From positions 6,882,001 to 6,946,000 of the forward strand of contig OZ176050.1 of the NCBI GenBank assembly GCA_964247055.1: DNA of 64,000 bases, read 5' to 3'. Positions 1 through 12,038 of the stretch are shown piece after piece (position 1 is the first letter of the stretch; each line of letters starts with the position of its first letter). The translations under genes and the position numbers were made by a program. Under the pieces are notes generated by a model, which was not told where the DNA came from, did not search any database, and saw only the letters and a list, made by a program, of their open reading frames with translations. Source of the DNA: Paragordius varius. Its lineage: Eukaryota; Animalia; Nematomorpha.

Positions 1-219
1 TGATATTAAGTTTATAGTATAATAACATTTTATTATAAAGTTATACTTAATTTTCTCTCGATTTTCTCTTGTTTTTGAAAAATTGAAAAACCTATAAAAT
101 TTCAAAATTCTGATTGGCGGGATCAAAATTTTTTTCAAATTCGGTTTTCACTGAAATTAGTCATAATTTAAAAAGTTTGAGTGGTGGTGCTTAAAAATGT
201 CCAAATTTGTCGACTAGTG
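1..219 (+). mobile_element. 3' end of a Chapaev3-like (CMC) DNA transposon, continuing beyond the window start
   Basis: Nearly identical to 21620-21835. It ends in GTCGACTAGTG followed by TAA, a TWA target like the copies at 17028-21835. Confidence 0.85.
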
Positions 220-786
220 TAATGTTTTAATATCCATATATCTTTTAACATGCTATACATATGATAGATACTCCTTACCCAGCAGCTATCATCAAAGAAA
301 CGCCTGACTAAAATTTTTGCCTTTTAACAGGGAATACGTGGAATCTTTATTGAATTTTTACGGTCTCATACCTTGCGCGAAAAATCGATTCAGAAAATTA
401 TTTTTGTGGACTTTGTTTTTTTTGAAAAAAATGGCATTTTACGGGGGTAGCGGGTAAAAAGAGGGCCTAAATCAAAAAAGTAACTCGACTATGTTCGGCG
501 CAATCGAAAATAAGTAAACAAAAATCATATTTGAAATTGAATGGTCCAACACGTTCTCCGGAAAATTGTCTCAAAAACACGATTTTGTGGACTTCTGTTT
601 TCAAAAAAAAACCGTTTTTCATACGGGGTGGGCCCGAACTGGGGGCCTATTCAAAAAAAGGGCGAAGCTATTGTCGGGACATTTATTAATGATTATATTT
701 TTTCGATATTTGGATTTGATTGGGTCTACCGGTTTTCCTGTACCAGATAACAAAGCCAGCATTTTCCATTTTTATAAATATATAGA
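220..786 (-). mobile_element. Helitron 5' fragment, unit 1 of a tandem pair
   Basis: Shares its body with 4200-4709 and 61060-61591. The minus-strand start is A|TCTATATATTTATAAAAATGG (5'-TC at 786). A short unique leader TAATGTTTTAATATCC precedes it, and there is no 3' hairpin or CTAG. Confidence 0.75.
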
Positions 787-796
787 TTACCATAAA

Positions 797-1195
797 TAAT
801 GTATTAATATCCATCTATCTTTTAACATGCTATGCATATGATAGATACTCCTTACTCAGCATCTATCATCAAAGAAACGCTAGACTAAAATTTTTGCCTT
901 TTAACAGGCAATACGAAAAATCTTTCTCGAATTTTTACAGTCTCTTACCGTGGGCAAAAAAATACAATCAAAAAAATATTTTTGTGGACTTTGTTTTTTT
1001 TAAAAAATGGCATTTTACGGGGGTAGCGGGTAAAAAGAGGGCCTAAATCAAAAAAGTGACTCGACTATGTTCAGCGCGATCAAAAATAAGTAAACAAAAT
1101 TCATATTTGAAATTGAATGGTCCAACACGTTCTCCAAAAGGTTTTCCTGTACCAGATCACAAAGCCAGCATTTTCCATTTTTATAAATATATAGA
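797..1195 (-). mobile_element. Helitron 5' fragment, unit 2 of a tandem pair (internally deleted)
   Basis: Direct repeat of 220-786 with the same TAATG(T/A)TTAATATCC leader and the same TC terminus at 1195. It has an internal deletion near 1135. Confidence 0.75.
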
Positions 1196-1616
1196 TTATG
1201 TAAAAATAACTACATTTCTAACCACTTCAGTCATTGTAAAAGGAATATGTTCAAATTAGGTGAAACAAGCAGTGCTGTTAATACTCTTTATTAAGATGTC
1301 GAATTTTATTTTAATGCAATTATTAAAATATCCTTGGTATCCCCTACATATATTTCTAATATATTCTTTAATATATTCAAAAATTGCATGATTATCACAG
1401 TTCAGAACCAATTTAAGAGGGATTTAAGCTGTAAAAATCATCAATTTCTTGAAATCTATTGTTGTGCTTTCATCAATGGCAGATATATTTATATAATTAA
1501 GTTTAATTTGTCCATGCATTAAATCTTTTGTTTTTACACATATTAGTACAATTTAAAAGCATATTTAGCAATATTATAAACCAGGTTATTTTGTTATTTA
1601 TATCAAAATTAACACG

Positions 1617-1641
1617 TATATATATATATATATATATATAT
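1617..1641. repeat. (TA)n microsatellite
   Basis: Perfect TA run seen directly. Confidence 0.95.
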
Positions 1642-1684
1642 GTTTATGTAATAATTTTATTTGATACTTACGCCTTGATATATA

Positions 1685-1759
1685 TTAATTCAAATGTGGC
1701 TCTTCGGATTTTTAGGTCGAAAATGTGGCTCTTCAAGCCATTTGTGTTGGACATCCCTG
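1685..1759. mobile_element. right end of a hAT-like MITE
   Basis: Ends in GTGTTGGACATCCCTG, matching the CAGGGGTGTCCAA TIR of 22960-23257. I did not find the left end. Confidence 0.45.
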
Positions 1760-2394
1760 TACTAAAGTATATTTTTTATACTTCAAAATTTACCATTTTT
1801 TAGGCATTCTTTCGAAAAGGTTTGCTTTTAAATTTATTTAAATGCAGTTAAAAATATACAAAAAAAAATGGATCCGGAAATTTTGGCCGGAATATTTTGA
1901 AAACACAAATTGGAACAAGTTTCTGATCCCTTACCCCTTATTTCAAAGTTAAGGAATAAAAATATGCGCCCATATTTTTATTAGCAAAATGATCAATTTT
2001 ATGTTAATTTTAGCACTAAAAAATTGTAATTTACACAAAATTATGTAATATAAGGTTTTTAAAACACAAAAAATAAAGACCTGCTTGTTCAGAGTTCTTC
2101 TATAGCGGTTAGAATTTTATAGTTATAATTCATGAATCTCTATCCCTTATTTTGGAAATAATTTGTAATTATTAGAAAGAAAAATATGTCCATGCTCAGA
2201 GTCTAATATTACTCCCATAGGATTGTTATATTTTGTGGAAAATATGACACTCTTTGCAGTCATCTAAAGTGCGCATGTGAATTGACTTAAATCTTGGCAA
2301 AACAGTTTAATACATCACCCCCCCCCCCCATACCTATAAATCGCTGGAACTTACTAACGAAATAATCGAAGTTCTAAACGAATATACCACATGA

Positions 2395-2880
2395 TATAAA
2401 AAGGTGTACAGTTATAGCCAAATGCATTTCGATTTCGCATAATAAATTTTGGATCTCAGATGACATATAATTAAAAACAAAAATACTAGTAAACGCGTTT
2501 ATGTTCCCTATCATTGTGGTTAGCTGTGAAAGTTGGATCTTCGAAAACGATGATAAAAAAGAATAAATCTTGAAATATTCTGTTGGAGGAAATTTACTTT
2601 GAATAACATGGAAAGACAAAATATCAAACACTGATAGCGCAAACATAACCAATACACAAATAACACTAGGCCGTAAAATGACCAAATCCGATACTTCGGA
2701 CACCTAATAAGAAGAAATTCTTTACTAAAGGATATAATGTTAGAAAAAATAACGGCAAGAGAGGAAGAGATCGTAGACCTATCCGTTTGGACAAATACTA
2801 TCCCTAAAACCCTACAAAAACTATCCTAAATGCCCATGACAGAACTGATTGGAAGAACTTTTCCTATAAAAATCGCTAAC
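2395..2880 (+). mobile_element. degenerate 3' fragment of an RTE-clade LINE
   Basis: Frameshifted translation gives SCESW, EIFCWRK, ITWKDKISNTD, QIRYFGHLIRRNSLLKDIML and NGKRGR-RP, the motif series of the C-terminal region of RTE/BovB-type ORF2. Confidence 0.8.
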
Positions 2881-2949
2881 GATCGTTAATCGTCTACGAA
2901 TTTCCAACCAAAACCATGGGCTTATAAATCACATTTATTTATTGTTAAA

Positions 2950-4709
2950 CTAGGTGGCCCTGTCACTCTTCGCTGTGACGTAGTCTCACCGATAATTATT
3001 CTTAATAATTTGCAATAAATAGAGGCGATGGAGGTAAAAATAACAAAAAACATATTTAATAAAAAGAATATCTTTAATTATTTTTACGGATTTTTGCATA
3101 GGCTCAAATATACTCGAAATTGAATATATTTAAACTGTTTTAAAGGAAAGGATGATATCATGCAAATACCCCAAAAATTCTTTAACTGAAATTATTTGGC
3201 TTCTTAAGTTTTTTGAATAGCTTTAAAACCAGGCCATTTTCGTATGGCGTCTCAGTTTTAAACGGGTAGACCCCCATAGACATATATGTAAAAAGCGCTG
3301 AATTCCTTTATAGGCAAATATTTGGAATCATCTTTGATACCATCGTCTCATGGGTTATACGAAAAAATACCTAAACTAAATAATCGTATATGATGGCGTA
3401 TTTTTAGAGCACAAAGCCCCAAATTAGCAGCTAATAAAAAACGCCTGACATTTTTTACCTATTACAGGTAATATTCCAAACTTTCAATGAGCTCATATGG
3501 CATCATAAATTTTCTGTAAATTAGCTCCAAAAACGCAATTTCTATATAGTGGCGCAGTTTGGCGGGTACCTCCTAACCCAGAGGGGCTAAACAAAAAACG
3601 CTCGATTAAATTTTAGCCTTAACTCGGGTAATATCTGGAATCATGATTAATTCCATATGCTCTCGTGGGATTTTCGAAAAATTGCCTCAAAGCCAAAAAG
3701 TCATCCTGTGGTGGCGCATTTTTCAAGGCCTAATCAAGGGGTATTTCAATAAAACCGCTTTATTTATATTGTTGCCTTTTTCGGGTAATATTTCAAGCCC
3801 TTATTAAACTCATATGGTCTGATAAGTTTTCTAAAATTTTCCTCCAAAGTCACGCTGTATCGATATGGTGGGGCAGTTGTTGGCAGGCAGCTTCCTACCC
3901 AGAGGCCAATATAAAAAAGACGTTTAATAAAAATTTTCGCCTTTAGAGGGGAATACCTAGAATCATCATTCATTCGATATGTTTATAATAGTTTTTGGAA
4001 GAATGGCTTCTAAACTAAATAATTGTTTAGTGATAGCGCATTTGGGGCGTAAAGGACCTGATCAACGGCTAATTTAAAAAAACTGCACGACTTAATTTTT
4101 GCCTTGTTGCGGATAATATTAGCACCTATTGAACTCATATGGCCTGATAGGTTTTCTAGAATTTAGCCTCAAAGGCACGCTATTTCGATATGACGGGGCA
4201 GTTTTTAGCGGGTATCTCCTTACCCAGCAGCCAATATAAAACGCGCCACTAAAATTTTTGCCTTTTAACATAGAATACCTGGAATCCTCATTGAATTTTT
4301 ACCATCTCATACCCTAGGCGAAAAATAGATTCAAAAATTATTTTTGTGGACTTAATTTTTTTGAAAAAAATGGCATTTTACAAGGGAAGCGGGTAGGGCC
4401 TAGATTAAAAAGGCGAGCCGACTTTGTTCGGCGCAATCAAAAATAAGTAAAAAAAATCATATTTGAAATCGGATTCAACACGTTTTCCGGAAAATTGTCT
4501 TAAAACGATTTTTATGGATTTGTGTTTTCAAAAAAAACGTTTTACCCGGGGTGGGCCTGAACTGGAGGCCTAATTCAAAAGAATGGCGAAACTATTGTCG
4601 GCGTATTCCTTATTTACTATATTTATCGACATTTGGATTTGAATGGGTCTACCGGTTATCCGGAAGCAGATCACAAAGCCAGCATTTTCCATTTTTTTAA
4701 ATATATAGA
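2950..4709 (-). mobile_element. non-autonomous Helitron with type-B 3' end and an internal array of about 160-bp repeats
   Basis: The minus strand starts A|TC at 4709 and ends with hairpin GTCAC-n8-GTGAC then GGGCCACCTAG|T at 2950. It is inserted between A and T with no TSD. Confidence 0.8.
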
Positions 4710-5256
4710 TTACAATGCACAAGTGTAGATTTTAACTTAGTTATATTTTACTGAATGTGGTAATTTAAAATGACACTAGCCGTCAGCACGCATTAACTAT
4801 CAAGTCAAGGGTTCAGCTGACGAACGCCAGTACCCCTATAGTGTCCCCTACCTCTACAAAGCCGAAGAAGAATCAACCATAAGATAATATCTAGTTTATA
4901 AGAATTACATACGTATATATATAAGTTGTAAGAAGCTAATCTATAGTCCGGTTGAGACCTTAATGTTTCGCGTGACCAGGCCAAACATGGTATTGAAAAT
5001 CATATTGCGCGTTATATTGCAAAATAGAGCAAAAATTAAATAATAAGTTTGCAAGATGGTGTTTTATAGTGTTTTTAGCTATTTATAGTTTAGATATTAT
5101 AACGAAGCCTTCTTATAAATGTAATCGTCAAATTCGATTCGATTGCTTTCGGAATAGAATGATATTTAACGTGCTATGGCCGGTTTTTTCCTGAAACCCC
5201 TAGCAAAATCAATCCCTCTTTCTAATATAATTAATAGGGTAAAAGTACATAGCTAG

Positions 5257-6240
5257 TTTTTCATTTATTGTTATAAAAAAACATATTATTGGCTAGTAGC
5301 AAACAAAAGCAAACAATACCTCTAAGCAAGGGGTGTCCAACACAAATAAAAAAACGGTGGCCGCATACGAAATATATAATTCACAAATAATTTATTTTTC
5401 AAACATAAAACTGTAAAATGCAAACACAAAAAAAGCCTTTTTTTCATTTATTGTTATAACTAGCGTAAATCTCGTGCTGCTACGCAGCCCGAGGAAGTCC
5501 TTCGGACTTCTGGGGGGGGGAGGGGGTTATTTGAAAAAAAAAGGACAATAAAATGATCTACATATGTGGATTATTTCGAAACATTATTTAATAGCTATGA
5601 TCTCATAGAAATCTTAAAACGGTGCATTCATGCTAATTTATTGTTTACTTGGGGGAAAAATAGATTTAAAAAATAATTTTTGTGGACTTTGTTTTTTGAA
5701 AAAGGTGGCATTTTACGGGGGGAGCGGATAAAGAGGGCCTAATTCAAAAAAGTGACTCGACTATGTTTGGCGCAATCGAAAATAACTAAATAAAAATCAT
5801 ATTTGAAATTGAATGGTCCAACACGTTCTCCAAAAAATTGTCTCAAAGACACGATTTTTGTGGACTTCTGTTTTCAAAAAAAACCCGTTTTTCACACGGG
5901 GTGGGCCCGAACTGGGGGCCTATTTCAAAAAAAGGGCGAAGCTATTGTCGGGGCATTCATTAATGATTATATTTTTTCGATGTTAGGATTTGAATGGGTC
6001 TACCGGTTTTCCTGTACCAGATCACAAAGCCAGCATTTTCCATTTTTATAAATATATAGATAAAAAAATCATATTATTGGCTAGTAGCAAACAAAAGCAA
6101 ACAATACTTCTAAGCAGGGGGTGTCCAACACAAATAAAAAAACGGTGGCCGCATACGAAATATATATGGTCATTCACAAATAATTTATTAGATTTCAAAC
6201 ATAAAACTATAAAATGCAAACACAATAAAAGCCTTTTTTT
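5257..6240 (+). repeat. about 180-bp tandem duplication, second copy interrupted by a Helitron
   Basis: 5257-5437 is repeated as 5438-5459 plus 6061-6240 (TTTTTCATTTATTGTTATAA...GGCTAGTAGCAAACAAAAGC...AAAAGCC). Confidence 0.85.
5460..6060 (-). mobile_element. short non-autonomous Helitron with type-A 3' end
   Basis: 5' TC at 6060. The 3' end has hairpins GAAGTCC-GAA-GGACTTC and GCTGC-GTA-GCAGC, then TTTACGCTAG|T at 5460. A|T insertion site. Confidence 0.9.
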
Positions 6241-6393
6241 CTACTTCTTGCCAACTGGATATCATTTAGAAAAATTATTTTAGAAATATAATTTTTTTAA
6301 GATTTTGAGAGCATATTTTTATAATTTATGAATTTCCAAATTTTCCGAGCACCGGTCATAAAGTCTCGGAGGGCCGCGTGTTGAACACCCCTA
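6115..6393. mobile_element. hAT-like MITE
   Basis: TIRs CAGGGGGTGTCCAACAC and GTGTTGAACACCCCTA. The flanks CTTCTAAG and CTTTAAG are only an imperfect TSD. Confidence 0.65.
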
Positions 6394-7870
6394 CTTTAAG
6401 TCATTGTATTTCTTTTTGCTCTATACGCTAACTGGCAACAAGGAAAAATTAGCATAAAATTTTACTTATACTGTAATTCAAAAAAGCCTTGTATTTATAA
6501 AGTTAATGCAAGTAAGTGACAGTTATTTATTTGCCTTGATCCCTTCTAAATTGTTGGCCCAATTAATCATAAGATTATTTTGGCACAAATTTATGCAGTT
6601 ATGGAGATATTTAAATTTAAGCTGCCACACTGGCCACAAAAGAATCGGTCTAAATTTCAAATGAAAGTTTACGGCTCAATAATTTTATCGACATTGTTAT
6701 AACTTGATGGCTCCAACATTATATTTTTTATTTTAATATATTTATAGGAGCATAACTGAATATATAATCTAATTTATCGTAAAAATATTGTGTTAATTCA
6801 AAATCAATATAAGATTAATGTGAAAAATATTTAAAGAAAATTTAATTCCGATTTAAGAAGTATAATAAAACTTAGCGAATCTGATTTGAACTATAAAAGC
6901 AACACAACACTTATAATTGCGTGAGTGTATCCTAATTAATAAAAAAACTATTCTCTCCCAATGTGTAAGTAGAATAAATTCTTATTATTTTCTCCCCCTC
7001 ACATTCCGTTATCATTCTGCAAAGTATTTTATCCTCATTTTTGATATTCTCATTGCAAAATCCCGTTGTTTTACAACAATTAAACGAAGATGATTGAAAC
7101 AGATAACAAACAAAATTTATAATAAACTCAAAAATCAGTTATAATAACTTCTATCGAAGTGAAAACTTAAAAAATTATCAATAGCAATAAAATTATTAGC
7201 TAATGACCGGAAATCATGTTCCTATTTCCAATTAACATTTAAATTATCAATCAAATTTTTCATTTTTAGTTGGGGAAGATTTTATATAATTTCATAGATT
7301 CCATCAATAAATTTTATAAGATTACGAAATAACATAAACTAATTTAATTTATTTTGTGTATGAGCTTTAATATTATATTATAAATATCATAATAATAATA
7401 ATAATATTTAATTATAATGTTTCGAAAATATCTTGTTTAAAAGGTAATGTATTATTAAATTGTTTACCTGAATCAAATTAATTTAAATATTACATGTATT
7501 TTTTTACATAAATTTTAACTAAGGAAAGAGATGTGAACACAAACAGTAGTAATTCTATATCTTTTTATTGCGTTGATTAGTTTGAGATCAATCAATTCAA
7601 TTTTTTTTATCAGATTTGATATTTAAAAATAAATATATATCGTGCTGCGAAAATACATTGCATAAATACGTAACATTGTATATAAATACACAAACATATA
7701 TACCTTTGGGCGATTCGCAATAAAAAAATATTTTTGCCTATTCATTTATTTATGACCATGTACTTCTTAATTACGTAATTTAAATTCCATATTCGTAGTA
7801 TCAAAAATACATTTTATTTGGAATTTAGCTTTATTAATTATAAAAAATATATTATATTATTTAACCAATT

Positions 7871-10758
7871 ATGGTGCATCCTGCTCTTGTCACTTATATC
7901 ATTCTCTTGCAGACGCTTTTTATCGTGGACCGTATTGTGGTGGGAGACATTACAAAAACCATCTCAACTACCTTGCCCAAAAGGTGTCCATTAGCTGAAA
8001 CTTTAAATGGGTGTCAATGTCACATGTCAGATAATTGTATAAATTATAATCAGAGTCAATGCTTATTGCTACATTGTATGCGTTTACAGAGTGAATCACA
8101 ATTATCGGAGAGATTAATACCATTAAAACGGTTATCATCATCTTATCCCATAGACTTGATTGTTAGCTCTTCACAATTACAAAATTTGGGGAACGATTTT
8201 GGTAACAGCCAAAACGTAGATGGCTCTAGTTGGCGCGATCTTAATATAGTAGGCCTTCGTATTTATCACAATAATATATCCAACATGTCGGAATCGGCTT
8301 TCAAAAGTTTAAACAAATTGTATCATTTTTCTTTGATGGAAAATGCTGCCGGTGATGATATGCGACAAGTAGATTTTAAACGTTTAATGCGCGCTCTACA
8401 TCATTTGCCCCATCTTCAAGATATTTTTGTGTCCGTTTACAGGATTGAAGAATTAGATTTCAACGTTTTTAAACCTTTTTCGGGTCTCAAAGCACTCTCT
8501 ATCATAACGCAAAATTTGGGAACGGTGATCGGGCCCAATTCGTTCGAATTCATTAACCTTAGAAGTTTTATGTTTCATACTGATATTGAACATTTTCCCA
8601 ATTACATAGTTTGGCGTATGCCGGCATTAGAAGAAATAGTTTTCATCTCAAAACATTACTCATTAATACATCAAATGGATTTTGCTACACTCTCCTTACC
8701 TAAGTTAAAACAATTGACTATAACATTCACAGCCGTTGAATCTGTTGATAATGCTTCTTTTGCCTCTTTGTATACGCTAAAAACTTTGGTCTTAAGTCAA
8801 AATCAAATTAATAAAATGTCTTCCAGTAGTTTTAAGAATTTAACGAATCTACAAGAATTAGATCTTTCATACAACAAACTGACACATCTATCTAACAATA
8901 TCTTTGCACCACTTAAATCATTACAAAAATTGGTGTTGTCCAATAACCAACTGGGTCCTTTCCTCGATTTTAGTTTATTTAATTCATTTAAAACGACACT
9001 CAATGCTTTGGTCGTCTCGCACAATATCTTACTGGAGTTTCCTATGTTGAGGATGCCGAATGAATTCTTTACAAATTTAACTAAGATAGATGTATCATAT
9101 AACCACATAACTCATTTACCCAAATTTGATGTGGATGCTGTGGTAAAATTGGCAAAAGATTGCAAGGTGACAGAATTAAATTTGGCTCATAACAATTTAG
9201 ATGCTGTACCCCCAAGCTTTTTGGAAGTGTTTGCTCCGAAACTTGAGACATTGGATTTATCAAACAATGAGATCAAGGCTTTTGATTTCAAATACTTGAG
9301 GGATAGTGAAAATCTTCATATAATTGACATATCCAAAAATCATATAAAAAGTTTGAGTGGTATAGATTGGCTTATGGAGCTTGGCGAACAACTACAATAT
9401 GTTGGATTGAGCGGTTAGTCTATTGTCTTTTAATTAATGTCACAAATTTGGAGTAGTTATCTAAAAATAGTTGTCTTACGTTTAACTAATTAAATCAATT
9501 CAACTATAAGTTTTTGCGTTTACCTTAAATACGGAAAAACTTAAAATCCGGTATTTCCCTAATTCAAATATAAAACTACAATTATTTTAACCCTATAAAC
9601 CGGTTTCGGTTTCTTTTCAAATCTCACGACCCATATGTTTCTTTTTTGCTCGAAGCTATTTATATATTTGCATATTTTATAAAATAGGGAATCCTTATGT
9701 ATGTGATTGTAACATGGCCATGTTTATGAATTGGTATGCCGATTGGTACATAAAACTACCAGAGGATTTACAACGTCGACAAAATGCTGACTGGGAAAAA
9801 ATGTCCTGTAAAATAATTCGCATGGAAAATAATCAACCAGACATTGCCACCACTTTGAGTATTATGTCTATAGACGAAAATCAAAAGCGAAAATTTTGTA
9901 ATAAAATTCCAAAGCTACCTGCAAATACCCTTTTCTCAAAATCGAATGATGAATATAATTTTAATCCATTGGACAATTCAAATGATAACAACAAAGCCTG
10001 GGAAAACGCTGATAATTCGTTAAATGCCATAAATAAAAACTTTTTACGTGGAAGCACAAATGATTTTAATCTTCTTTTGAGATTAATCCATTGGATACTT
10101 ATATTGTTGGGAACACTGTTTGCTTTTATGGTTAGTATTTGTTTTTTAAAAACTACTGGCGAAACGTTTTATTATTTTTTAGTTTTTAAACAAAATTGCC
10201 TATGAATTTTAGTATTAATTCATGTCCCTTTTATTAAACAAGTTTGTATACATTGCTAGTTTTTCATTAATTATTTGCAGATATCATATAAATTAAAGGG
10301 TAATGTAACTGGCCTATAGTTTTTTTCGCTTTTTACTGCTATTCGCCAATAAATATGCTCTTGGTTGCATATACTATATGGCAAATTTAATAAAAAAATC
10401 TAGCAATGTATTGTTACTCATACTGTAATATATGCACATTTTCAGATATATAGAATTTCAATATCTCAAATTTATTTAGGTACTAATCATAATCATGCTT
10501 ATATTTAAACGGTATGATATATGGCCACTTGGTTCAAAACTCAAGCAAGCCCAACATGTTTTCCCTAATGGTGGATCTATGCCAGGGTTTTTGAGATTTA
10601 ACAATCACTCCGGCATAGGTATTCAAAATAAATTCCGTATGTTTCAAGATGTTGGATCACAATCTAATACGGAAGATAAATTAGCCATAACTAGAATGGA
10701 AATTGTTCCTGATTCGGTATCCTCTTCCATAACGCCTAGCCCCCCTTCCTCCAAATAG
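7871..10758 (+). CDS. leucine-rich repeat single-pass membrane protein (signal peptide, LRRNT, LRRs, LRRCT, TM, about 80-aa tail, no TIR), 754 aa
   Basis: Exons 7871-9413, 9688-10130 and 10480-10758 total 2265 nt in frame. Splicing creates the LRRCT start LSG|NPYVCDC and a continuous TM helix ILILLGTLFAFM|VLIIIMLIF. LxxLxLxxNxL repeats are present, and both donors are GTTAGT. Confidence 0.9.
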
Positions 10759-11086
10759 ATTTTTGCATTAATGTAATATGAATTTTTAACTAATCACAGA
10801 GAAAAAATATTTTGACCAACCAAATAATATATCATATGTGATTTTATCCACCAATATATTTAAAAAAATTACATACATAATATGCATCCAACAATTCAAT
10901 TATTATTTTCTGAAAATATACTATTTATTATTATAAACAGCGCATTTATGTAATATTTATTGCCATAATTTTTATAATAAATTATATAAATATAAGTTAT
11001 TAAAATGTTTAATTCAATGTTGGAACATGAATCATCTCGCAATTAAATTTAAATTTGAGACTTCAGCAGAAACTGATTTTAATAGG

Positions 11087-11450
11087 TTCGAACAACCTGG
11101 CCTAGTTCTGATATCTAAAAAACCATCGTGTTTCAGCTTTTAAAATCATTTGGTTAGATTTATAAGATCTTGCCCACCCATTCCTACCCCCAAAAAGGAA
11201 AATTTAATTTCCAAAAAAGGTTTTATATCAACTATTTTAACGCCATTTTTATTTTACAACATTTAAGCAAATATCGTGTTTTTCAAAATCTAAGACTAAA
11301 AATAAAGTTAATTCTTTGTTGAATCATATTTGACCCTGACCTAATGTATACAAATTGTTTTCTCATTATTTTTAAATTTTGCTAATGCGCACACGTCATG
11401 TCCAAATTTTTGCCTACACGTTTATCCATAAAATACAAAATATCAAGTCA
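11087..11450 (+). mobile_element. partial, degenerate copy of the TTAA-flanked MITE family
   Basis: Shares blocks (ACGCCATTTTTATTTTACAAC, AAATATCGTG, CACGTCATG) with 49366-49880 and 52384-52826. Confidence 0.5.
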
Positions 11451-12038
11451 ATGTTATATAAGTAAGTACAAAGTTGAAATGGTTTAATACATTTCTCAAC
11501 TACCCCAATTCATAAATAATAGAGATTATTTGTATTCGTGTAAAAGGTAGATTTCAGAATAGCGGAAGTATTAACATTAGTAATATTTACCTTCTGTCTT
11601 TTCCAAGTTTATTACAATTTGCTAATGTGCATAATTTATTGAATAATTTTTGATGATATTAAGTACGGAAAATAACATAGAAAGTATGACCCATTTTGCA
11701 TTATTAAGTACCATATTCTCAATATGCAATGGCTGTGCAATTATACAGATTGCCGGGTTATCAAATCCTTTCTAATATTATCCCAATATTTAATCATCAT
11801 GTATTTTATTGGAAAATTTTGCTAGCTACTCATACTTTTTAAATTTTTTTTAAATTTTTTATCAAATATCTTAGGTATTGATATTAAATGAAATGGTCCG
11901 GGATTGTTTTTAAATATTAAAGGAGTATTTCCAGGGGCTATTTAATAAAAATATCATAGTAATTTTTTAAAATATAATTGCTTATCGAATTTTTGCTTTA
12001 TTTAACTTCTAATATTTAGCATACACGGTTGACTATTA

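Noticed and set aside
541-1259. Short ORFs at 541-799 and 1056-1259, and similar ones at 5803-6283, 47403-47657 and 61126-61583
   Set aside because: They lie in Helitron copies, change frame between copies, and show no Rep/Helicase motifs, so they are incidental.
2374-2703. 109-aa minus-strand ORF
   Set aside because: It is the antisense shadow of the RTE LINE fragment, whose motifs are on the + strand.
4940-4995. Second hammerhead-like motif (minus strand ...GGCCTGGTCACGCGAAAC) and CTGACGA at 4817; possible solo LTR at 4756-5060
   Set aside because: There is no CUGANGA in correct register with a stem II and GAAA, and no clear TG..CA ends or TSD.
8803-9263. Minus-strand ORFs overlapping the LRR exon
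   Set aside because: They are antisense shadows of a long coding exon.
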